From an uncultured Anaerolineales bacterium (GTDB lineage Bacteria; Chloroflexota; Anaerolineae; Anaerolineales; VGOW01), in NCBI GenBank assembly GCA_964431175.1, contig CAYSIV010000003.1, forward strand, positions 14,464 through 49,132: a stretch of 34,669 bases of DNA, given 5' to 3'. Positions 28,562 to 34,669 of the stretch are shown here, piece by piece. The position numbers and the translations under genes are program-made. Within the stretch, counting starts at the first letter, position 1. Every line of letters begins with the position of its first letter. The notes below the pieces were generated by a model. The model was not told the DNA's origin and did no database searches. It was given only the letters and a program-made list of their open reading frames with translations.

Positions 28562-29749
28562 ATGCGCCTCTTGTACGTCATCCCTTACTTCTATCCGGCT
28601 TGGGCCTATGGCGGCACTTGTCGCGCCGCCTGGGAACTGGCGCGGGCCGTGGCTCGCAAAGGCCACCAAGTGGTGGCCTGCACCACCGATGCCCTCGACG
28701 CCCGCCGCCGGGCCAAGCCCGCTTTTGAAGTGGTTGAGGGCGTGGAAATTCACCGTGCCCTAAACCTGAGCAACCGCCTCGCTTGGTCGCGGCTGTTTAT
28801 GCCGTTCACCTTTGGTTGGAAACTGGAAGAGGAATTGCGCCGGGCCGATGTCGTCCACCTGCACGAATATCGCTCATTGCAAAATGCAATCGCCCGACCC
28901 GCGATTAAACGGGCGGCCAAGCCATTTATCCTCACGGCTCAGGGCAGCGTGCCACTCCTCACGGGCCGATTTGCTCTCAAACGAATTTATGACTCGTGGG
29001 CGGGCAGGCCACTGCTGGCTGGCGCCTGTCGCCTGCACGCCCTCAATATCATGGAGGCCGATCAATTTATCGAAGCGGGTGGCAAACGTGAACGACTCTT
29101 CATTGCGCCGAATGGTATTCAGGCGGGCGATTTTCAAAACCTGCCGCCCGCCGACTCGATAGCCTTTCGCGCCCGGCACAACATTTCGCCAAGTTCGCCC
29201 ATCATCCTCTTTCTGGCGCGCATCAACCAAATCAAAGGCGTGGATTTTTTAGTGTCGGCCTTTGCTCAAGTTCGCCGCCAACTGCCTCAAGCCATGCTTG
29301 TCATCGCCGGGCCAGATGACGGCTACCTGCCGGAAGTGAAGCGGCAGATCGAGTCGCTAGGTTTGGCCGACTCGGTTCGATTCACTGGATACTTGGACGG
29401 GACGGCTAAAATAGAGGCCTATCAGGCCGCCGATGTTTACGTTCTGCCTTCAATATACGAAATTCAGGGCATCACCTTGCTGGAGGCGCTGGCCTGCGGG
29501 GCAAGCGTCATCACGACCGATCGGTGCGGCCTGGCCGACTCGATTCAGCAGAACGACCTCGGCGCGGTTGTAAAATTTGGGGATGTAGCTGGTTTGAAGG
29601 ATGAGCTTGGGCGCGCCCTGAACAATCCAAAAGACGCCCACCGTGCTGAACAGCGGCGCGACTACGTTCTGGAAAACTTCAGTTGGGAGGCAATCGCAGA
29701 ACAGTGGGAGAGTATCTATCGCGAGTGCGCGATCAAGCGGGTAGGGTAA
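28562..29749 (+). CDS. Glycosyltransferase family 4
   Basis: PAWAYGG, DVVHLHE, PNGI, LARINQIKG, AGPDDG, EIQGITLLEALACG. Confidence 0.9.
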   Translation: MRLLYVIPYFYPAWAYGGTCRAAWELARAVARKGHQVVACTTDALDARRRAKPAFEVVEGVEIHRALNLSNRLAWSRLFMPFTFGWKLEEELRRADVVHLHEYRSLQNAIARPAIKRAAKPFILTAQGSVPLLTGRFALKRIYDSWAGRPLLAGACRLHALNIMEADQFIEAGGKRERLFIAPNGIQAGDFQNLPPADSIAFRARHNISPSSPIILFLARINQIKGVDFLVSAFAQVRRQLPQAMLVIAGPDDGYLPEVKRQIESLGLADSVRFTGYLDGTAKIEAYQAADVYVLPSIYEIQGITLLEALACGASVITTDRCGLADSIQQNDLGAVVKFGDVAGLKDELGRALNNPKDAHRAEQRRDYVLENFSWEAIAEQWESIYRECAIKRVG

Positions 29750-30350
29750 ACAAGCTGTCCACTGCCAGTTCCAGCCCGGCCAGGGCGGCCGACTTCAAAC
29801 GCTCGCCGTTGCCAAACTGACCGAGCAGGGCGTACTCGACGCCATCAGCCGGAAGCGTGTACACTTCTACCGACCGGGTCTTGGGATCCACTAGCCAGTA
29901 TTCGCGGACTTTGGCTTGCTCGTAAGCGCCGAATTTGATGTGCTGATCGAGGCGCAAACTGCCGGGCGAGATCACTTCCACCACCAGATCGGGCGCGCCC
30001 TCAAAAATTTGGGCATCGGAAGCAGGCTGGCGCTGAGCGGCGATGAACAGAACATCGGGCTGAACAGGCTTGGCAATGCCGGGCAAGTGAACTTCAAACG
30101 GGGCGGCGATGACGCCGCCCAAAGCGGGTTCGTCCACGAAGGTTGCTAATTGCTTGACGAGACGAGATACGGCAAACTGATGTTCGTAAGAGGGTGCGTT
30201 AGCTACGTATAAAACTCCTTCGATGATCTCGCAGCGTTTGCCGTCGTCCGGCAGGCGAAGGTAGTCCTCGTAAGTCCATTGGCCTTGAGGCGGCCACGAT
30301 TGTTCGGCGGGGAGCGAAGTCAGAGGAGGCGTTGTGGTCAACATAGGCAT
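29733..30350 (-). CDS. Uma2 family (PD-(D/E)XK) putative endonuclease
   Basis: WTYEDYLRLPDDGKRCEIIEG, HQ, VQPDV, APDLVVEVISP, KFGAYEQAKVREYWLVDP. Start at ATG 30350 after GGAG, with TATAAT at 30372-30367 on the minus strand. Confidence 0.9.
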   Translation of the reverse strand: MPMLTTTPPLTSLPAEQSWPPQGQWTYEDYLRLPDDGKRCEIIEGVLYVANAPSYEHQFAVSRLVKQLATFVDEPALGGVIAAPFEVHLPGIAKPVQPDVLFIAAQRQPASDAQIFEGAPDLVVEVISPGSLRLDQHIKFGAYEQAKVREYWLVDPKTRSVEVYTLPADGVEYALLGQFGNGERLKSAALAGLELAVDSLFTLPA

Positions 30351-30389
30351 TGCTTCTCCAGAGAAGATTATAGCATTGAGGATACAATT

Positions 30390-32342
30390 ATGTGTGGCAT
30401 TTGCGGAATAGTAACCATTGGCGACGGCCCGCGCGTGGACGCGGCCTTGCTCGACAAGATGCGCGACACCATTGCCCATCGCGGGCCAGACGACGCCGGC
30501 AGTTGGGTCTCAACTGATGGTTGTGTGGGGCTGGCCAACCGGCGGCTGGCGATCATTGACCTCAGCCCGGCCGGCCACCAGCCGATGAGCAATGAGGCTT
30601 GTGCTGAGCGAAGTCGAAGCAACGGATCAGTGTGGATTGCCTACAACGGCGAAACGTACACCTACGCCGAACACTTTGAGCCGCTCAAAGCGCGCGGCCA
30701 TGTCTTTCGTTCGCAGTCCGATACTGAAGTCATCGTCCACCTTTACGAAGAATACGGCCACGATTGCCTGCACCGATTGCGCGGCATGTTTGGCCTTGCC
30801 TTGTGGGACGAGCACAAGCGCGAGTTGTTTTTGGCCCGCGACCGGCTGGGGGTGAAGCCGCTGTATTACACCTTTGTCGGCGGCCAGTTCATCTTTGGCT
30901 CGGAGATCAAGGCCATTCTGCGCCACCCGGCGGTGAGACGCGAAATGGATCTCGCGGCCTTCTATCACTTCCTCACTTTCCTCACCCCGCCCGCACCCGA
31001 CACTCTGTTCAAAGGCATCCACAAACTGCCGCCCGGCCATTGGGCCGTGCTCAAAGCTGACACGGGTGAGTTTCGCGTCGAAGAGTATTGGGACGTGTAC
31101 GACGCCGCCTGCTACGATCCGCAACTTACCGAGGGCGAGTGGGCCGAACGTTTGCGGGCCAAGCTGGCCGAGTCGGTGAAATTGCGCATGGTGTCGGATG
31201 TGCCATTCGGCGTGTTTCTGTCGGGCGGGATGGACTCGACGGTGAACACGGCGTTGATGGCGGCCCAGATGGACAGGCCGGTGCAGACGTTTTCTATCGG
31301 CTACAAAGACGCGCCCGATTACAACGAGTTCGAGTGGGCGCGGCAGGCGGCCAAACATTTTGCCACCGACCACCACGAAGTGCAGATCGGCCTTCAGGAC
31401 TTTCTTGACTTCTTGCCCAAGCTGGTCTATCACCAGGACGAGCCCATTGCCGACCCGGTGTGCGTGCCGATCTATTTTGTTTCCAAGTTGGCGAAGGAGG
31501 CCGGCACAACCGTGATTCAGGTGGGCGAGGGGAGCGACGAGCTGTTTTGCGGCTACCGCCACTGGGTGGACATTTTGCGTTTGCACAGCGGCGCCTGGCA
31601 GGCGTACTCGGCCTTGCCCCGCCCGGTGAAGCAATTAGCCCTGGCGGGCGGCGGCGCGGCGCTGAGTGAGGTGCGTTACGAATATGTGCGGCGGGCGACG
31701 GATGGCGAGGAGTTGTTCTGGGGCGGGGCGGAGGCGTTCGGTGAGGCGCGGAAGAACGGGTTGATTACAGAGTCGGTTCGACGCGCGGTTGGCGGCCTCT
31801 CCTCGCACGACGTCATCCGCAAGTTCCGCAAACGATTCGAGGAGCGCAGTCCGCATCTCGATTATCTCAGTTGGATGGGCTATTTAGATTTGCGTCTGCG
31901 TCTGCCCGAACTGCTGTTGATGCGGGTGGACAAGATGACGATGGCGACTTCGATTGAAGCCCGGGTGCCCTACCTTGATCACGAGTTTGTAGGGCTGGCG
32001 ATGAGCATCCCCCAACGGCTCAAAGTGGGTCAGGCGGTTCAACCCAAGCAGTTATTCAAGCAGGCGGTGCGCGGCCTGATCCCGGACACGATCATTGACC
32101 GGCCCAAGCAGGGCTTCCGCGTGCCGGTGACCGACTGGATGGCCGAGGCGCTTGGCGCGTTTGGCCGGGACACTCTGCAAAAGTTCTGCGCCCGAACCGA
32201 TTACTTGCGCTGGCCGGTGGTGGAGAAGTTGATTGACCGGCGGGACGAGTTGGCGTGGTATTTGCTCAACTTTGCCCTGTGGCACGAGATGTGGATTGAG
32301 GGGGAGCCTGCATTGGACAAAGGTGTACAATTATCGCAATGA
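30390..32342 (+). CDS. asnB: Asparagine synthase (glutamine-hydrolysing)-like amidotransferase 3
   Basis: True start is MCGICG at 30390 after GAGG. HRGPD, YNGE, LSGGMDS, GEGSDELFCGY, RPKQGF. Confidence 0.92.
   Translation: MCGICGIVTIGDGPRVDAALLDKMRDTIAHRGPDDAGSWVSTDGCVGLANRRLAIIDLSPAGHQPMSNEACAERSRSNGSVWIAYNGETYTYAEHFEPLKARGHVFRSQSDTEVIVHLYEEYGHDCLHRLRGMFGLALWDEHKRELFLARDRLGVKPLYYTFVGGQFIFGSEIKAILRHPAVRREMDLAAFYHFLTFLTPPAPDTLFKGIHKLPPGHWAVLKADTGEFRVEEYWDVYDAACYDPQLTEGEWAERLRAKLAESVKLRMVSDVPFGVFLSGGMDSTVNTALMAAQMDRPVQTFSIGYKDAPDYNEFEWARQAAKHFATDHHEVQIGLQDFLDFLPKLVYHQDEPIADPVCVPIYFVSKLAKEAGTTVIQVGEGSDELFCGYRHWVDILRLHSGAWQAYSALPRPVKQLALAGGGAALSEVRYEYVRRATDGEELFWGGAEAFGEARKNGLITESVRRAVGGLSSHDVIRKFRKRFEERSPHLDYLSWMGYLDLRLRLPELLLMRVDKMTMATSIEARVPYLDHEFVGLAMSIPQRLKVGQAVQPKQLFKQAVRGLIPDTIIDRPKQGFRVPVTDWMAEALGAFGRDTLQKFCARTDYLRWPVVEKLIDRRDELAWYLLNFALWHEMWIEGEPALDKGVQLSQ
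30597..30620. repeat. 24-bp REP-like unit inserted in frame in asnB3
   Basis: GCTTGTGCTGAGCGAAGTCGAAGC encodes ACAERSRS, which is absent from the two paralogs (NEDGS/NEDRS). Confidence 0.8.
32188..32308 (+). repeat. Direct repeat copy 1 (asnB3 3' end)
   Basis: 121 bp matching 33288-33408 with 7 mismatches. Confidence 0.95.
32326..32331 (+). promoter_or_regulatory. Putative -10 box for a leaderless MNT-HEPN transcript
   Basis: TACAAT ends 7 nt before ATG 32339; no SD motif is visible. Confidence 0.4.
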
Positions 32343-32827
32343 GAGCGCAATTTGAGTCTCTGCTAGCGCACCTGCTGACGGCATGCCTTGAATATTACGG
32401 CGAACGGCTGGTTTCGTTGGCCGTTTTTGGCTCGGTAGGGCGGGGCACGCCGCGCCCTGACTCGGACATAGACTTGCTTATTGTGGCTGAGGCTTTGCCA
32501 AATGGCCGGCTGAAACGCGTTGACGAGTTCCGCGTCGTCGAGGCAAAACTGGCCCCCCGCTTGGCCGAAGCGCGGGCGGATGGTCTTGCCGCCGAGTTGT
32601 CACCTGTCTTCAAAACCCCGGCTGAAGTTCGGCAAGGCAGTCTGCTATTTCTGGATATGACTGAGGATGCACGCATTTTGCACGACCGGGATAATTTTCT
32701 GCGGGAAGCGTTGGCCCGGTTCAAAGAGCAGTTAAATCGTTTAGGCGCGCGCCGGATCTGGCAGGGCAACGCCTGGTTTTGGGATTTGAAGCCGGACTAT
32801 AAGCCTGGCGAGGTTTTTGAAATATGA
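32339..32827 (+). CDS. Minimal nucleotidyltransferase (MNT) domain protein, putative antitoxin
   Basis: FGSVGRGTPRPDSDIDL matches the GSX10DXD motif. Confidence 0.9.
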   Translation: MRAQFESLLAHLLTACLEYYGERLVSLAVFGSVGRGTPRPDSDIDLLIVAEALPNGRLKRVDEFRVVEAKLAPRLAEARADGLAAELSPVFKTPAEVRQGSLLFLDMTEDARILHDRDNFLREALARFKEQLNRLGARRIWQGNAWFWDLKPDYKPGEVFEI

Positions 32828-33282
32828 CGAACATCTCGCTGGCGCAAAGTTATCTAATCAAGGCCCTTAAGCGGTTGAAAATTCTGGCCGTTCTGCTCGG
32901 CGACGAAGCCTTCTCCGATGTTGTGCGTGAAGCGCAGGAAATTGTGGAACTGGCGCTGAAAGGGATGTTGCGCCAGGTTGGCATCGAGCCGCCCAAGTTC
33001 CACGATGTCGGCGGGGCGCTGGATGAATATCGAGAGCGTTTCCCCGAATCCGCGCGCGGGCAAATTGAGCGTCTGATGGAGATTTCACGATGGCTGAGGA
33101 AAGAGCGCGAGTTTTCATTCTACGGCGATATTGATTTCATCCCCACGGAAGAGTACGATCGCGCTGACGCCCTGCGAGCCATTGAAGACGCCAAGTTCGT
33201 CGTTTCTGTAGCCGGGTCAGTGATCCGCCCGACTGATGAGGCTCCCGACGAGAAAGCCGATGCCAGTGAGAAGGCGAAGTGA
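32824..33282 (+). CDS. HEPN domain protein, partner of MNT
   Basis: All-helical pattern AQEIVELALKGML...HDV...RKEREFSFYGD...DALRAIEDA; ATGA overlap with MNT. Confidence 0.85.
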   Translation: MTNISLAQSYLIKALKRLKILAVLLGDEAFSDVVREAQEIVELALKGMLRQVGIEPPKFHDVGGALDEYRERFPESARGQIERLMEISRWLRKEREFSFYGDIDFIPTEEYDRADALRAIEDAKFVVSVAGSVIRPTDEAPDEKADASEKAK

Positions 33283-33287
33283 CTTTG

Positions 33288-33454
33288 GCGCCCGAACCGA
33301 TTACTTGCGCTGGCCGGTGGTGGAGAAGTTGATTGACCGGCGCGACGAACTGGCCTGGTACTTGCTCAACTTTGCGCTGTGGCATGAGATGTGGATTGAG
33401 GGGGAGCCGGGAGGGTGGAACGTTGAGGGAAAAACGCCGACGATAAGTGTTTGA
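33288..33454 (+). pseudogene. Orphan asnB 3' end (direct repeat copy 2, 33288-33408) with an alternative C-terminus
   Basis: Encodes ARTDYLRWPVVEKLIDRRDELAWYLLNFALWHEMWIEGEP, identical to AsnB3, then GGWNVEGKTPTISV*. Confidence 0.88.
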
Positions 33455-33461
33455 AGGTTTG

Positions 33462-33531
33462 GCCCAACGTTGCGGTTCAGCCGCGTTGCGAAGCGCAGCG
33501 GAGCAACGTCGGCTGGAACCGCTTGTTAGGC
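33462..33531 (-). mobile_element. Integron attC recombination site (70 bp, complete)
   Basis: Minus strand GCCTAAC-AAGCG-GTTCCAGC...GCTGAAC-CGCAAC-GTTGGGC. The bottom-strand hairpin pairs fully except for the canonical extrahelical G and T. Confidence 0.92.
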
Positions 33532-33580
33532 CCGATCTGGTGGAGCACCATCTGACCCGGAATGGCTTGTCCATCTGAAG

Positions 33581-34042
33581 TTATGCCTGTATGAAATAGA
33601 TGCCAACGGATAACACTCCCATAGCGATGGGCGTTAGACTGAAGAACCAGCCGATAAGGCGGTTGCTGGCCGATACTCCGGTTATCAACACTGCCACCTT
33701 GGGGTTGTCGGGGTTGTAGTGAACTGTGACGGTTGAACCGATCGGATATTTCGAGACGTCTTCTCTCGCCGCCGCGTGCCACCAGATTTCAGGCTGAATC
33801 CCAAACCCTAGCCGCTGGGAGTGGTATTGGACATCTGCGACTGTGTAGGTGTAGCCCACTTTCAGGCCGTAAGAGATGCCTTCAGCCGCGTAGCGTTGAA
33901 TACCGGCGGACTGGATTGTGCCTGGGGTGGTGGGCCAGTGTGTACTCAGTCCTCCCCATCTCAGTGCCTGGGTTTGGCGATAGAGCATACCTAGTCCAAT
34001 GCCGAGCAAGATCAATCCGCCGATCAGAAAGATTTCGTTCAT
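33581..34042 (-). CDS. DUF3592-like membrane protein; integron gene cassette
   Basis: N- and C-terminal TMs, WPTTPGTI, YTYTV...Y, YPIGSTVTVHYNPDNP. Bounded by G|TTAGGC upstream and the complementary GCCTAAC downstream. Confidence 0.85.
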   Translation of the reverse strand: MNEIFLIGGLILLGIGLGMLYRQTQALRWGGLSTHWPTTPGTIQSAGIQRYAAEGISYGLKVGYTYTVADVQYHSQRLGFGIQPEIWWHAAAREDVSKYPIGSTVTVHYNPDNPKVAVLITGVSASNRLIGWFFSLTPIAMGVLSVGIYFIQA

Positions 34043-34098
34043 CGCGCCGTTCAGACGTATCCTGTCGTTTAGAAACTGTTAGCCGCTTGACCGCGAGG

Positions 34099-34185
34099 GC
34101 CTAACGGCCAGGTTTAGGCGCGGGGCGGTAAAGTAGCGACTCGCTCAAACCAGGCGCGCCCAGCCCCGTCGCCTGCAACCCGTGT
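34099..34185 (-). mobile_element. Integron attC site interrupted at its R'' end
   Basis: On the + strand GCCTAAC-GGCCAG-GTTTAGGCGCGGGGC pairs with GCCCCGTCGCCTGCAACC with two bulged bases. The expected GTTRRRY is cut after GT and replaced by GTGCG. Confidence 0.82.
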
Positions 34186-34669
34186 GTGCGACCCGTTCGC
34201 TCGAAACTATACGCAAGTATAGGAGGATGAGCGGCAAAGAGCAAGATGGTCTTTGACAACTCGCGAAGCGTGTCCACGTTGGTGAAACCCCAACCCCTGA
34301 GGTGGTCAGGAGACCGCATCTCCCTACGGCAAGCGACTGGTTATCAACCCTTCGGCTTCGCTCAGGGCTGGAGTGCAAGGGAGAGAAGGCGATAAGCGTC
34401 GAGCCGAACGACGCGACGTGCCAAGCAAGTGACTATGGGTAACGTAAGTGAAGGTGTATTGAGGCGTCGTCATGCAGAACCAGCCCCCGATTGGAGCTGT
34501 CGGGGGCTGGCCCAAACGGGAATTGGTATCAGGTTACGTAGCCACTGCGTACGTGACACCACTCGTCAGATACCCGGCGTAAAGTATCACCCTAACACCG
34601 CATCAAATGGACACTCGGAACGGGGCAACCTTCAATGGCTCTCGCAAGAGTAGGCAACCAGCCACAAGC
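34186..34669 (+). mobile_element. Group II intron, 5' part (domain I onward); runs off the window, no RT ORF visible
   Basis: Begins with GTGCG (GUGYG consensus) exactly where the attC breaks. It is non-coding and hairpin-rich: TATAC-GCAA-GTATA, GTTGG-TGAAACC-CCAAC, CCAGCCCCCGA/TCGGGGGCTGG, GTTACGTA/TACGTGAC, CTC-GCAA-GAG, plus a GGAAC..G.AACC junction-like motif. Confidence 0.75.
34348..34367. repeat. REP-like unit inside the intron
   Basis: CCCTTCGGCTTCGCTCAGGG is the reverse complement of CCCTGAGCGAAGCCGAAGGG, the same family as 30597-30620. Confidence 0.7.

Noticed and set aside
30279-30479. Long N-terminal extensions of asnB3 (from 30279) and Uma2 (from 30479), and similar extensions at 6492, 10964, 16139 and 23797
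   Set aside because: They overlap neighbouring genes. Ntn enzymes need Cys at position 2, and downstream starts have SD motifs or stop/start coupling.
3234-31634. Long antisense ORFs (e.g. 3234-4076, 5620-6552, 11594-12346, 30627-31634)
   Set aside because: These are shadow frames of GC-rich genes, with no family motifs.
9129-32342. AsnB-like genes as lasso-peptide cyclases or housekeeping asparagine synthetases
   Set aside because: All three keep an intact glutaminase domain (Cys2). No precursor peptide, B protein or RRE is visible, and the context is entirely glycan biosynthesis.
32339-33282. MNT-HEPN as an inverted integron TA cassette
   Set aside because: There is no attC on its left side; it is bounded by asnB-derived direct repeats instead.
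33236-33454. 72-aa ORF as an independent gene
   Set aside because: It is the duplicated asnB tail with a fortuitous start inside the HEPN gene.
34101-34653. Short ORFs at the right end (34101-34319, 34145-34378, 34324-34515, 34429-34653)
   Set aside because: They have no recognisable motifs and overlap the attC and structured intron RNA; no RT motifs are present.

Overview
GC-rich bacterial window, probably Chloroflexota/Anaerolineae (inferred from GT-C proteins with C-terminal beta-sandwich repeats and from the repeat families). About 1-32,340 is one co-oriented, tightly coupled surface-glycan locus. It encodes 6 GT-C-fold (PMT/ArnT-like) membrane glycosyltransferases, 7 GT4 enzymes plus a GT4 remnant, a polyprenol-phosphate glycosyltransferase-like GT2, a Wzx-like flippase, a SAM methyltransferase, an NDP-sugar epimerase/dehydratase, 2 NDP-sugar dehydrogenases (one partial and apparently chimeric with a nuoN fragment at the left edge) and 3 AsnB-type amidotransferases. 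A Uma2 nuclease gene interrupts the locus on the minus strand. The right end is a mobile-DNA junction. An MNT-HEPN pair lies between two 121-bp copies of the asnB 3' end that differ only at synonymous sites. It is followed by the terminal part of an integron cassette array (complete attC, DUF3592 cassette, second attC), and the second attC is interrupted at its R'' box by the 5' end of a group II intron that looks IIB-like rather than IIC. Short palindromic repeats occur between genes and also in frame inside several enzymes. All calls come from reading motifs by eye; no searches were run.
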